NCBI GenBank assembly: GCA_040905425.1
Contig: JBBDRO010000061.1
Coordinates: 1 to 31,080 of the forward strand
Origin: Gemmatimonadota bacterium
GTDB lineage: Bacteria > Gemmatimonadota > Gemmatimonadetes > Longimicrobiales > RSA9
Reading direction: 5' to 3'
Length of the DNA: 31,080 bases
This document shows positions 9,182-19,058 of this stretch, in pieces; positions within the stretch are counted from its first letter, which is position 1, and each line of letters opens with the position of its first letter. The notes under the pieces are model-generated. The model searched no databases. It was not told the origin of the DNA and saw nothing but the letters and a program-made list of their open reading frames with translations. The position numbers were made by a program, and so were the translations under genes.

Positions 9182-9345
9182 TGTTGTGTAGCCGAATTCT
9201 CGTGTAGCACCGAGGGCGTGGATGCGCCCGCCCAGGTAGGCGCGAGGAGGAGAGCATAGCCGTAGCTATGCCGACGACGAGCAACGACGCTGGGTGGGAT
9301 GCAGACGCGGCCGAATGCAACGGGAATTCGGCTACACAACACTAG
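9178..9345. mobile_element. MITE-like non-autonomous element / long palindromic repeat with CTAG ends
   Basis: Ends CTAGTGTTGTGTAGCCGAATTC form a perfect 22-bp inverted repeat (25 of 26 when extended); internal stems; no coding capacity for a transposase. Confidence 0.75.
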
Positions 9346-10028
9346 ACCCGCTCCACCTTGAGCGCGCGGGCCACCCGGCGCCCCACGGAGGCCTCGCGGG
9401 TGCCCCCCTCGGCCTCGATGGTGAGCACGACCGGGCCGTCGAACGGCGCACGCGAGTGGACGGAGAGGCGCGTACCGATGGCCAGCTCCAGCGAGTCCAG
9501 GTAGCGCAGGAACGCGGGATCGTCATCCTCCACGCGCAGCAGCCGGCCCGCCTCCCCGGGATCCAGGTCGGCCAGACTCAGGTACTCCCCCTCGTAGATC
9601 TCCCCCTCGCGCGTGGGGATGGGCGCGCCGTGCGGGTCCACGGTGGGCTCACCCACCGCGGCGGCCATGCGATCCACCAGTTCGTCGGAGGCGGCGTGCT
9701 CCAGCCGCTCCGCCTCCTCGTGCACGCGGTCCCACGGGTAGCCGAGCGCCTGCACCAGGTAGACCTCGATGATGCGGTGGCGGCGGATGGTGCCGAGCGC
9801 CACGCGGCGGCCCTCGTCGGTGAGGCGGGCGCCGCGGTAGCGCTCGTGCTCCAGCAGCCCCTGGTCCGCCAGGCGACGGAGCATGCCGCTCACGGACGCC
9901 GATGCGATCGACAGCCGATCGGCGATCTCGTTGGTGGCCGCGGCGCTGCCCTCGCGCTCCAGCTCGTAGATCGTCTTGAGGTAGTCCTCCACGGACGAGG
10001 TGTGCTCGTCCGCCGTGCGCCGGGTCAT
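9342..10028 (-). CDS. DtxR/MntR-family metal-dependent transcriptional regulator with a C-terminal FeoA domain (228 aa)
   Basis: GGAGGAG RBS before ATG 10028; [46 protein letters not shown]. Confidence 0.93.
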   Translation of the reverse strand: MTRRTADEHTSSVEDYLKTIYELEREGSAAATNEIADRLSIASASVSGMLRRLADQGLLEHERYRGARLTDEGRRVALGTIRRHRIIEVYLVQALGYPWDRVHEEAERLEHAASDELVDRMAAAVGEPTVDPHGAPIPTREGEIYEGEYLSLADLDPGEAGRLLRVEDDDPAFLRYLDSLELAIGTRLSVHSRAPFDGPVVLTIEAEGGTREASVGRRVARALKVERV

Positions 10029-10132
10029 GGCTCCTCCGTTACAGGCGTTCGACCGGGCTCCAATGTCGGCAAAGTGGCCGCCCGCCGCGAGGGGTGCTGC
10101 GCCGTCGAGCGGCCCCCGGCGACGCGTAGCGC

Positions 10133-13129
10133 TCACCGGCGCAGCGCGTCCTCCCCGAGGAGCGCGTCGAGCACGCCCATGAGACGGTCCGCCTCCGCCG
10201 CGCCGAACACCAGGGGCGGTTTGATCTTGATGACGTTGTGCAGGGGACCGTCGGTGCTGAGCAGCACGCCATGCTCGCGCGCCCGCTCCACCAGGTGGGC
10301 CGCCTCGGCCGCGGCGGGCTCCCGCGTGCCCCGCTCGCGCACCAGCTCCACGCCCAGGTAGAGGCCTCGACCCCGCACGTCCCCGATGAGCGGATGGCGC
10401 TCCGCCAGCGTGCGTAGGCCCTCCAGCAGCGCCCCGCCCACGGCCGCCGCGCTGGCCTGCAGCCCCTCCTTCTCGAGCACGTCCAGCACCGCCAGCCCGG
10501 CGGCGCACGAGACCGGGTTGCCGCCGAAGGTGTTGAAGTACTCCATGCCGTTGGCAAAGGAGGCCGCCACCTGGCGCGTGCACACCACCGCGCCCAGCGG
10601 ATGGCCGTTGCCGATCGGTTTTCCCAGCGTCACGATGTCCGGCACGGCGCCGTCCGCCTCGAACGCCCACATGTGGCTGCCCACCCGGCCGAAGCCCACC
10701 TGCACCTCGTCGGCCACGCACACGGCGCCCGCGGCGCGCGCCGCGGCAAAGGCGTCCCGCAGGTAGCCCGCCGGCGGCACCACCTGGCCCGCGCAGCCGG
10801 GGAGCGGCTCGGCAAAGAACGCGGCGGGGCCGGCGCCGGCGGCGTGCGCGCGGCGGCAGGCGCGGGAGACGTCGCTTACGAACGCGTCCATGCCCCGTGG
10901 GTCACGGTAGGGATCGGGCAGAGCGGCCACATGCACCCAGGGCGCGCGTCCCGCACCGCCGGGCCCGGCGAACTTGTAGGGACTCATGTCCACCAGCGCG
11001 CTCGTGTTGCCGTGGTAGGCGCCGTCCAGCACCACCACGTCCCGCCGGCCGGTGTGCGCGCGCGCAAGGCGGAGCGCCAGTTCGTTGGCCTCGCTGCCGG
11101 AGCAGGTGAGGAAGACCACCTCAAGCGGGGCCGGCAGGGTGGCCGTCAGGCGCTCGGCGTACTCGACCAGCAGCGGGTGCAGGTAGCGCGTGTTGGTGTT
11201 CAGCACGGCGGCCTGGCGGCGGATGGCGGCCACCACGCGCGGGTGCTCGTGCCCCACGTGCGCCACGTTGTTCACGCAGTCCAGGTAGGGCTGCGCGTCC
11301 GCGTCGAAGAGGTACGCGCCGCGCCCGCGGACGATGTGCAGCGGCCGCGCGTAGGAGAGGGACAGGTTGGGCCCCAGAAGCGCGGATCGGCGGGCGCTCA
11401 GATCGTGCTCCGCGGGGCGCGCCGGCGGCAGGCCGAGCAGCGCGGCGGGATCGGGGCAGAGGGCGGCCAGCCAGGGCCACTCGTCCGGCGCGGCGGTGTC
11501 CGGGATGCCGGCCGGGTCGGTGGCCGCCAGTTGCACGTGCACGTGTGGCGGCCAGCCCCCGTTCTCCCCGTGGTAAGCGACGTCCCCGAGCGGCTCACCG
11601 GCGCGCATGCGCGCTTCTTCGCGGAGCGCCGCCACGCTCGCCGACGCCAACCCCGTCCAGCGCGTGTGGAAGGCGGCTCCGTCCACCTCGTGCGCCAGCA
11701 CCAGGGTGGCGCCGCGCGGGCCGGTGCACACGGCGCGCACCACGCCCTCGAGCGGGACGCGGAGCGGCGTGCCGGCCGGCAGGAAGAGGTCCGCTCCCAG
11801 GTGGCGGGTGCGATAGCTGATGCGGTCCGGGCCCTCCTGGGCGGCCACCTCCGGGGCGTCCAGCCGGCGCGAGGCGCCCCACGGCGCTACGGCGGGCGCC
11901 GCGATGACCGCGTGCCACGCGGCGGGCTCCAGCGCAGCGCCGGCCTCGGCGGCGGCCACCGAGCCGGGGCCCAGCTCAGCCGCCGGCGCGTCCGCCAGGG
12001 GGGTGTCCACCACGGCAACCGGCTTGCTTTGACGCACGGCCGTGGCGGCGCGCTGGCCGGCCGGCCAGGGTTCGAGCCCGGCCGCGTACCGGAAGGCGGC
12101 GTGGGCCACGGCGCCGGGCACCGCGCTCAACCGCTCCAGCGCGGCCCACGCCCCCGCCTGACTGACCAGGTGGTAGGGCTCCGCCGTGCCGGCCGCGCTC
12201 CGCTCGGCGGCCATGCTCACGCTCACCGCCAGGCGCAGGCGGAGCAGCGCATCCAGCACGGCCAGCTCCGCCTCCCGGAGCGGGTGGCGGGCGTGATAGC
12301 CCCGCACCAGGGCAGCGGCGGCGCCCAGCGGATCGGGCGTGTCCAGCGCCGCATACGCGGCGGCCACGGCCGGACCGGCCACCACCCAGGTGCGCAGCAT
12401 GTCGCCGAAATCCACAAGGCCCGTGACGGTGCGCGGCGTGCCGGGGCGGGCGGGGCCGACGAGCAGGTTGTGGTCGTTGCCGTCAGCGTGGATGACGGAG
12501 CGGCGGAGCTGATCGGCGGCGGGGGCCACCTCGGCGGCCACGCGCTCGAGCACCGCCTCCAGCAGGGCACGCCGCCGCGGGTCCTCCACGTGGCGTAGGC
12601 GGGCGGCCACCTCCTCCGCGCCCCTGGCCAGGTCCCAGGCCAGGATCCGGTCGGCGCCGGGATGCGTGAAGCCGGCCAGGCCAGCGTCCACCTCCCCCAC
12701 CAGCGCGCCGGCCGCTGCCAGGAGGGCGGCGTCCCGCGGACGGGCGGTGGCCAGCGGGGTGCCCGGCAGCCAGGTGAGCAGGCGGACGGCGCGCCCCGTC
12801 TCCGGATCCATGACCACGTGGCGGCCATCGGCGGCGGGCAGGGGCACCGGCACGCGCTCGCCGGGGCCGGCCGCGCGCAGATGCCGGAGCGCCGCGTTCT
12901 CCAGCTCCAGCGTGGCCAGGTCCTCGGCGGCGGCCGCCACCTTCAGGACGTGACGCGCGCCGGTGGCGCTCAGCAGGAGGAAATTGTCGTCCCGGTCGGC
13001 GGGCAGACGGGTGAGGCGGCCGGCCGCGTTCCAGTGCTGCTCGGCCAGCCGCGCGGCATGGCGGGCGTCCACGCCTCCGGCATCCGGCTCGGCGGGGGGG
13101 TGCGGGTCGGCTCCGGATTCGACGGGCAT
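10133..13129 (-). CDS. Fusion of an APH-type phosphotransferase (hydroxylysine kinase-like), an M23-like domain and a class III PLP aminotransferase/phospholyase (998 aa)
   Basis: HADGNDHN and DFGD kinase motifs; HLGAD and HVH M23-like motifs; [27 protein letters not shown] and TLGK PLP motifs; ATG at 13129. Confidence 0.88.
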   Translation of the reverse strand: MPVESGADPHPPAEPDAGGVDARHAARLAEQHWNAAGRLTRLPADRDDNFLLLSATGARHVLKVAAAAEDLATLELENAALRHLRAAGPGERVPVPLPAADGRHVVMDPETGRAVRLLTWLPGTPLATARPRDAALLAAAGALVGEVDAGLAGFTHPGADRILAWDLARGAEEVAARLRHVEDPRRRALLEAVLERVAAEVAPAADQLRRSVIHADGNDHNLLVGPARPGTPRTVTGLVDFGDMLRTWVVAGPAVAAAYAALDTPDPLGAAAALVRGYHARHPLREAELAVLDALLRLRLAVSVSMAAERSAAGTAEPYHLVSQAGAWAALERLSAVPGAVAHAAFRYAAGLEPWPAGQRAATAVRQSKPVAVVDTPLADAPAAELGPGSVAAAEAGAALEPAAWHAVIAAPAVAPWGASRRLDAPEVAAQEGPDRISYRTRHLGADLFLPAGTPLRVPLEGVVRAVCTGPRGATLVLAHEVDGAAFHTRWTGLASASVAALREEARMRAGEPLGDVAYHGENGGWPPHVHVQLAATDPAGIPDTAAPDEWPWLAALCPDPAALLGLPPARPAEHDLSARRSALLGPNLSLSYARPLHIVRGRGAYLFDADAQPYLDCVNNVAHVGHEHPRVVAAIRRQAAVLNTNTRYLHPLLVEYAERLTATLPAPLEVVFLTCSGSEANELALRLARAHTGRRDVVVLDGAYHGNTSALVDMSPYKFAGPGGAGRAPWVHVAALPDPYRDPRGMDAFVSDVSRACRRAHAAGAGPAAFFAEPLPGCAGQVVPPAGYLRDAFAAARAAGAVCVADEVQVGFGRVGSHMWAFEADGAVPDIVTLGKPIGNGHPLGAVVCTRQVAASFANGMEYFNTFGGNPVSCAAGLAVLDVLEKEGLQASAAAVGGALLEGLRTLAERHPLIGDVRGRGLYLGVELVRERGTREPAAAEAAHLVERAREHGVLLSTDGPLHNVIKIKPPLVFGAAEADRLMGVLDALLGEDALRR

Positions 13130-13333
13130 GGGACAAAGATAGTGGCGTTGGCGTCGGGCGCGAGGCAGGCTGGGGGTGGACCGTGGAGTGACCGTGGCGT
13201 CGGGCGCGGGGCAGTCCCGGCGGGCTGGACCGGCGGGTTGCGGCCGCGACAGCGCGCGGCTTGCCAGCGGGAGGGCAGCGGTCGAGATTATCCCCTTCCC
13301 ACCAACCAGGAGGGCGCCGTTTCCTTCCGAGGT

Positions 13334-15049
13334 ATGATCCGGGTGCCATGGGTGGTATTCGGCGCGTCGCTGCTCCTCACCGGCGTGGCCACGTGGGCGC
13401 TCGCGGAAACCGTCAGCGACCGGGACCAGGTACGCCTCGACAACGCCGTCCGGGTCACCTATGACCACGTGCGGGCGCGCCTGGAGCGGAACGTCATCCT
13501 GCTGCAGGGCGGCAGCGCGCTCTTCGCCGCCAGCGATAGCGTCACACACGACGAGTTCCGGGCCTACATGGAGCGTATCGATCTGGACCGGCACTTTCCC
13601 GGGGTCCAGGGGGTGGGGCTGGCCCGCTGGCTGACGCCAGGAGAGGTGGAGGGACTCACGGCTCACATGCGCACGGAGATCCCCGACTTTCGCATCTGGG
13701 GTGAGCCGGGCCAGCCGCTGCGGAGCGCCATCGTCTACCTGGAACCCATGGACGCGCGCAACCGGGCGGCGCTCGGCTACGACATGAGCACCGAGCCGGT
13801 GCGGGCAGCCGCCATGATGCGCGCCCGGGACCAGGCCGCGCCCGCCCTCTCCGGGCGTGTGACGCTCAAGCAGGAGATCGACGAGGACCAGCAGCCCGGC
13901 TTCCTGGTGTACATGCCCGTCTACCGGGACGCCCGTGTGCCCGCCATCGTGGAGGAACGCCGCGCCAGCCTGTGGGGCTTCATCTACGCTCCCTTCCGGG
14001 CGGGTGTTCTCTTCCGCGACGTCGCGGAGCAAATTCCTGGAAGGCGTGTGAGCTTCCGGGTCTACGACGGCGTGGGCGTGGCGGAGGACCGCCTGCTGTT
14101 TGATTCCCGACCGCCCACAGTGCCACCCGCGGACGAGGCGCTCTACAGGGACACGGTGGCCATGGAAGTGGCCGGCCACCCCTGGACGCTCACCATGGCC
14201 ACGCTGCCTGCATTCGACGAGGCATCGGACCGGGAGCTGATCCCGCTCATGGTCCTCCTCGGGGTGCTGGTGAGCTTCGTCCTGCTCTTTGCCACGCGCA
14301 TGCAGGAGCGCTCCCGCATCGCGGCGGAGCGAAGCGAGGCAGCGCGCACCCGCTTCTTCGCCGCCATGAGCCACGAGCTGCGCACGCCCATCAACGCCGT
14401 GGTGGGGTACAACGACCTGCTCCTGAGCGGTGCCTATGGGCCCCTGGATGCGCGGCAGGAGGATGGCATCCAGCGCAGCCAGAAGGCGGCCCGCCACCTG
14501 ACCGAGCTGGTCAACGATGTGCTGGACCTGAGCAAGCTGGCCGCCGGCAAGGTGGAGGTGGATTTGATCGAGGTGCACCCTGCCGCGCTGCTCGAGGACC
14601 TGCTCACGACCCTGGGGCCCGTGGCGGACGAGCACGGCTGTCCGCTCCAGCTGGAGACCAGCCGGGCGCGCCATCCCATACAGACCGATCCCCGCCGGGT
14701 GCGCCAGATCATCCTCAACCTGGTGTCCAACGCCACCAAGTTCGGGGCCGGCAAGCCGGTGGTGATCCGCGCCGCCGACCACGACGGCGGCGTGCGCATC
14801 GAGGTGACGGACCGGGGGCCGGGCATAGCCGAAAGCGACCAACGCCTCATCTTCGAGGAATTCGTGCAGCTGGACAGCGCGGACCGGACCGCCGGCGGAA
14901 CGGGGCTCGGCCTCACCATATCTCGACGCCTGGCAGAACTTCTGGGCGGCTCCCTGGAGGTGGACTCGGTGCCGGGCAGCGGCAGCACGTTCCGGCTGGA
15001 GCTGCCCCGCCGGCCGCGGACGCGCGGAGGCATGGCGGAAGCGGGCTGA
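13334..15049 (+). CDS. CHASE-domain membrane sensor histidine kinase (571 aa)
   Basis: TM helix, CHASE motifs (YLEP..RNRAALGYDM, LSGRVTL), second TM helix, SHELRTP H-box, NLVSNATKF, DRGPGI, GGTGLGL; exact start uncertain. Confidence 0.9.
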   Translation: MIRVPWVVFGASLLLTGVATWALAETVSDRDQVRLDNAVRVTYDHVRARLERNVILLQGGSALFAASDSVTHDEFRAYMERIDLDRHFPGVQGVGLARWLTPGEVEGLTAHMRTEIPDFRIWGEPGQPLRSAIVYLEPMDARNRAALGYDMSTEPVRAAAMMRARDQAAPALSGRVTLKQEIDEDQQPGFLVYMPVYRDARVPAIVEERRASLWGFIYAPFRAGVLFRDVAEQIPGRRVSFRVYDGVGVAEDRLLFDSRPPTVPPADEALYRDTVAMEVAGHPWTLTMATLPAFDEASDRELIPLMVLLGVLVSFVLLFATRMQERSRIAAERSEAARTRFFAAMSHELRTPINAVVGYNDLLLSGAYGPLDARQEDGIQRSQKAARHLTELVNDVLDLSKLAAGKVEVDLIEVHPAALLEDLLTTLGPVADEHGCPLQLETSRARHPIQTDPRRVRQIILNLVSNATKFGAGKPVVIRAADHDGGVRIEVTDRGPGIAESDQRLIFEEFVQLDSADRTAGGTGLGLTISRRLAELLGGSLEVDSVPGSGSTFRLELPRRPRTRGGMAEAG

Positions 15050-15090
15050 CGAACCCATCCCGGCCCCACACCAGAGCGGCGCGATCCTGC

Positions 15091-16269
15091 TTACGCCTCC
15101 ACGGGGCGGGACCGACTGCGCAGGGCCGGGTGCAGGGCCAGGACGGTGCCCAGCAGGAGGGCCGGTACGCAGGCCAGGGCAGCGGACCGAGGACCGATGA
15201 CGTCTCCCAGCGCCCCGGCCCCCAGCATGGCCACGGACGCCACCGCCCACGCCAGCCCCATGACGATGCCCGAGGTGGTGGCGGCGCCTTCCGGCACCAG
15301 CTCCTGGGCCACGATCACCACCGGCGGCAGGACCGCCATGTTGACCAGGCCCGCCAGCGCCGCGGCGGCCAGCACCGGCACGCCGGTCACCGGCAACACC
15401 AGCGCGGCCGTGTGCGCGGGCACGGCCAGCGTCAGCAGGGTGGCCATGAGCGCGGGCCGGGGCACGCGGTCCGTGAGGAATCCGCCGGTGAGGCTGCCCG
15501 CGGCCGAACCCGCCAGGTAGGCGCTCAGCAGGAGCGCTCCCCGCCCCTCGGTCCCACCCGCCTGCGCCACGATGATCGGCACCAGGGTGAGAAAGACCCG
15601 CTGCATGAAGGCGCCCACCACGCTGATGCCGAAGATGAGGCCCAGGGGACCCGCCAGGCGGCGTGCGACGCGCGGCAGCGAGGGGGATGGTGCTCCGCCG
15701 GCCCGCGGCGCTCCACCCGGCACGGCCAGGTAGACCACCAGCAGCACCGCCAGCCCCGGCAGCATGGCCAGCCACAGGCCGTCGAGCCCCACCGCCCCCA
15801 CGACCGCCACCGCCACGAGTGGTCCGATGGCGTAGCCCGCCGCACCGCCGAAGGAGAAGTAAGAGAGCCGCGCGCCGCTGCCCCGCCCCTCCGCGGCGCG
15901 GGCCGCCAATGAAGCGCCCGGCGGATGGAACGCCGCGCTGCCCAGGCCGCCCAGCGCCAGGAAGAGCACGAGCACCCAGTAGACCGGCGCGGCCCCCACG
16001 AGCGAGAGAAAGACCACCGAGAGCAGGGGCCCGCCCACCACGAAGAGCTTCCGGCCGTAGCGGTCGGCCAGCCAGCCCATGACCGGCTGGAGCGCCGAGG
16101 CCGCCAGCGAGAGCGTCATGGCCAGCGCCGCGGCGCCGGCGATGTTCAGGCCCAGCTTGCCCATGATGCGCGGCAGGAGGGGAGGCAGGAAGGCGGCGTA
16201 GAGGTCGTTCACGCCGTGCGCCACGGCCACGGCCGCGGCCAAGAGTGTGGCGTTGCGCACTCCCCTCAC
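15091..16269 (-). CDS. MFS transporter (Fsr/fosmidomycin-resistance-like)
   Basis: AHGVND, QPVMGWLADRYGR motif A, FHPPG; about 12 hydrophobic segments. Confidence 0.88.
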   Translation of the reverse strand: MRGVRNATLLAAAVAVAHGVNDLYAAFLPPLLPRIMGKLGLNIAGAAALAMTLSLAASALQPVMGWLADRYGRKLFVVGGPLLSVVFLSLVGAAPVYWVLVLFLALGGLGSAAFHPPGASLAARAAEGRGSGARLSYFSFGGAAGYAIGPLVAVAVVGAVGLDGLWLAMLPGLAVLLVVYLAVPGGAPRAGGAPSPSLPRVARRLAGPLGLIFGISVVGAFMQRVFLTLVPIIVAQAGGTEGRGALLLSAYLAGSAAGSLTGGFLTDRVPRPALMATLLTLAVPAHTAALVLPVTGVPVLAAAALAGLVNMAVLPPVVIVAQELVPEGAATTSGIVMGLAWAVASVAMLGAGALGDVIGPRSAALACVPALLLGTVLALHPALRSRSRPVEA

Positions 16270-16285
16270 CGGTGGGCCTGCATCC

Positions 16286-17155
16286 TCACCGGCGCGCCAG
16301 CACCGTCACGGGATCACCCACCCGGACGGTACCGGTCACGCGCGGAATGGCATTCTGTCCGAACCAGACCTTCCCCTCCCACTGGCGGTACGTGGCCAGG
16401 GTGCGGAGCGGCTCCCTGCCCCGCTCGCCGGAGGCCGGGTCCACCGTGGTCACCGCGCAGCGCGCGCACCCCTTCACCACGTCCAGTTCCACGCTGCCCA
16501 CGCGAATGCGCGCCCAGGCATCCTCGGCGTGCGGCGGCACACCCGCCACCACCAGATTGGGCCGGAAGCGTTCGAGGGGAAGCGGCTCGGCCAGCCGGGC
16601 GTTCAGGGCATCGAGGGAGCCCTCGGACAGGATCAGGACCGGATAGCGGTCGGGGAAGAACACACGATCCCCGGGGTTGGCCTGCGGTTCACCGATGAGG
16701 CGCTCGCCATCATCCGGGAAGTGCACCAGACGGCAGGGGAAGCCCAGGAAGCGGGACGCCCAGCGGTCCGCCGCGGCGCTGGATGGAGCGGCCGCCACGC
16801 GGTCCCCCCAGATGTCCACCGCCAGGCGCGCTGGATCGGCCGGCTCCACCACGTCCACGGCCCTGACACCGGGAGCCTCCAGACGGAGGCCGCCCGGCAG
16901 CCGCACGGCCCGGATGAGGCACATGCGCGGATGCGCGCGCTGCGTCAGGAATCGCCCTGCCGCATCCACCAGCAGCCAGCGACGGTCTCCCTGGCAGCCC
17001 GTGGCATCGAAGCGCGCTTCCTGCACCGGCACCGCCGCTCCCGACTTCAGCGGGTGGAGCCGGAGCGCGGCCACCCGCGGCGTGCCGTCTTCCGCAGCCA
17101 CGCGCGACACGCCGGCTTTAGCGGCTACCCGCGGCGCACCCTCTTCAGCGGCCAC
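16286..17155 (-). CDS. MOSC domain protein (YcbX N-terminal/mARC-like)
   Basis: HPLKS, DRRWLLVD, RFRPNLVV, CARC with the conserved Cys, FGQN; no fused ferredoxin domain; start uncertain because of N-terminal repeats. Confidence 0.88.
   Translation of the reverse strand: MAAEEGAPRVAAKAGVSRVAAEDGTPRVAALRLHPLKSGAAVPVQEARFDATGCQGDRRWLLVDAAGRFLTQRAHPRMCLIRAVRLPGGLRLEAPGVRAVDVVEPADPARLAVDIWGDRVAAAPSSAAADRWASRFLGFPCRLVHFPDDGERLIGEPQANPGDRVFFPDRYPVLILSEGSLDALNARLAEPLPLERFRPNLVVAGVPPHAEDAWARIRVGSVELDVVKGCARCAVTTVDPASGERGREPLRTLATYRQWEGKVWFGQNAIPRVTGTVRVGDPVTVLARR
17075..17155 (-). repeat. Three degenerate 27-bp tandem units at the MOSC 5' end
   Basis: Encodes VAAEEGAPR / VAAKAGVSR / VAAEDGTPR followed by VAA. 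Confidence 0.6.
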
Positions 17156-19058
17156 CCGCCTCCTGCCAGTCCAGGATGGCGTCCACCGTGGACGTGCTCA
17201 CGGCGTGGTAACCGGGGCGCGCCTCCCGATAGATGCGGCGCGCCATCTCCCGGCCCTGGTCGGTGGCGGCCAGTTCCCGGTAGAGCGGCTCCAGGAACTT
17301 GCGGCGCCCCTGGCTGGTCAGGAAGCGCTCCAGTGCGGGGAACGCCGGCTCGTACCGGTTCCGGATGGCCATGCGCAGCCAGGCGAAGAGGATTTCACTG
17401 TTCTCTGTTTCCGTGAGCCGGAAGGCCCGATCCAGCGCAGCCATGCGCGCCTCCGGCAGCTCCGCGGGCAGGCCGCGCAGGAAGTGCAGCCATTCGTGGG
17501 TGGACCACTCGGCGGTGGGCAGTTCGTCGGGCGGCCCGCCGGCCTCGAACGCGCGGGCGGCCTCCTCCACCCGAGCGAAGCGCTCCGCCGCCACCGCCGG
17601 CGCGTTGGCGGGCAGACCCGGCTCGTAAAGCCACGCCTCCACACCCAGCGCGGCCCGCTGCTCGGGCGCGTCGGCAAAGAACGCGGAGTCCAGGACGGCC
17701 ACGAAGCGTGCCGTGGTCATGGGCGCGAAGGCGTGGCGCTGGAAGTAATCGCGCAGGAAGGCATCGAAGCGCTCCCGGCCGACCGCCTCCTCCACCGCGT
17801 GCAGGAAGGCGGCGCCTTTCTCGTAGGGGACAATGGTCATGCCGTCGTCGGGATCGCGCCCCGCCAGGTCTACATGGAGCACCTGATCCGCCGGCGGCAG
17901 TTCGGCCAGCGCCGCCTCCAGATCCTGACGGCCGAGTTGCCGCAGCATAGCGGCGTATTCGGGGCCGTAGACCTCCTCCATGATGCGGTACTCGATGTAG
18001 GTGGTGAAGCCCTCGTTCAGCCAGAAATCCCGCCACGTGGCGTTCGTGACCAGGTTCCCCGACCAGGAGTGGGCCAGCTCGTGCGCCACCAGCGAGACCA
18101 GGCTGCGGTCTCCCGCCAGGATGGTGGGCGTGGCAAAGGTAAGCCGCGGATTCTCCATGCCACCGAAGGGGAACGACGGCGGCAGCACCAGCAGATCGTA
18201 GCGCCCCCACCGGTAGGGACCGTAGAGCTCCTCCGCCGCGTCGATCATGGCTTCCACGTCAGCGAACTCATGGGCCGCGTCCGCCACCACCGACGGCTCG
18301 GCGTACACCCCCGAGCGGGGCCCCAGCGTACGGAACTCCAGGTCACCCACCGCCAGGGCAATGAGGTAGGGCGGGATGGGCTCCTCCATGCGGAAGCGGT
18401 AGACGCTGCCGCTGTCCGTGGGCTCCCCCTCCGGCGTCAGCATCTCCGCGCTCATCACGGCAGTGAGTTCGTCCGGCACGGTGATGGCCGCGTCGTAGGT
18501 CTGGCGGATCCCCGGACTGTCCTGGGTGGGAATCCACGTGCGCGTGAGGATGGCCTGTCCCTGCGTGAAGAGGAACGGGTGCTCGCCCCCGGCCGTCTGC
18601 CGCGGTTCCAGCCACTGCACCGCGGCGGCGTGCGGGCGCGTGGCGTAGTGCACCTCGATGCGCCGCACACCGGGCGGCAGCGTGATCCGGAGCGGGCGGC
18701 CCAGCACGGGGTCGGACGCACCCAGCGTGTACTCCAGCGCACGGCCCTCCGGCCCCGTCACCTCGTGGATGTCCAGGTCGCGGGTGTCCAGTGTGACGTG
18801 TCGGCCACCCTCCCCGCGCTCCAGGTCGAGGGTGGCGGTGCCGGACAGCCGCCGCGCCTGAAAGTCGGCCACCAGCTCCAGATCCAGGTGGGTCACCCGG
18901 GCCTGAGCGGGCCGCGCATACGAGTGGATGTCCTGGTCGACGGCCGGCGCATCCGGATCCGGCGCGGGCCGGACACCGCATGCGGAGCTGGCCAGGGCCA
19001 GTACGAGCAGTGCGCGTGGCGCGTGGACGAGCATCGTCGCTTGCCGATCCGTGGTCAT
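17145..19058 (-). CDS. M1 family zinc aminopeptidase (leukotriene A4 hydrolase-like), probable lipoprotein
   Basis: GGMEN, HELAH-X18-E (WLNEG), YEKG; LASSAC lipobox; ATGA overlap with the upstream gene. Confidence 0.93.
   Translation of the reverse strand: MTTDRQATMLVHAPRALLVLALASSACGVRPAPDPDAPAVDQDIHSYARPAQARVTHLDLELVADFQARRLSGTATLDLERGEGGRHVTLDTRDLDIHEVTGPEGRALEYTLGASDPVLGRPLRITLPPGVRRIEVHYATRPHAAAVQWLEPRQTAGGEHPFLFTQGQAILTRTWIPTQDSPGIRQTYDAAITVPDELTAVMSAEMLTPEGEPTDSGSVYRFRMEEPIPPYLIALAVGDLEFRTLGPRSGVYAEPSVVADAAHEFADVEAMIDAAEELYGPYRWGRYDLLVLPPSFPFGGMENPRLTFATPTILAGDRSLVSLVAHELAHSWSGNLVTNATWRDFWLNEGFTTYIEYRIMEEVYGPEYAAMLRQLGRQDLEAALAELPPADQVLHVDLAGRDPDDGMTIVPYEKGAAFLHAVEEAVGRERFDAFLRDYFQRHAFAPMTTARFVAVLDSAFFADAPEQRAALGVEAWLYEPGLPANAPAVAAERFARVEEAARAFEAGGPPDELPTAEWSTHEWLHFLRGLPAELPEARMAALDRAFRLTETENSEILFAWLRMAIRNRYEPAFPALERFLTSQGRRKFLEPLYRELAATDQGREMARRIYREARPGYHAVSTSTVDAILDWQEAGGR

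Noticed and set aside
9342..10721. 459-aa version of the DtxR-family regulator
   Set aside because: The extension overlaps the aminotransferase domain and is Arg/Gly-rich noise; a strong RBS precedes ATG 10028
10133..15775. 1880-aa giant ORF in the track
   Set aside because: Only 10133-13129 has recognisable domains; the upstream 882 codons are the antisense shadow of the CHASE kinase and an off-frame overlap with the MFS gene
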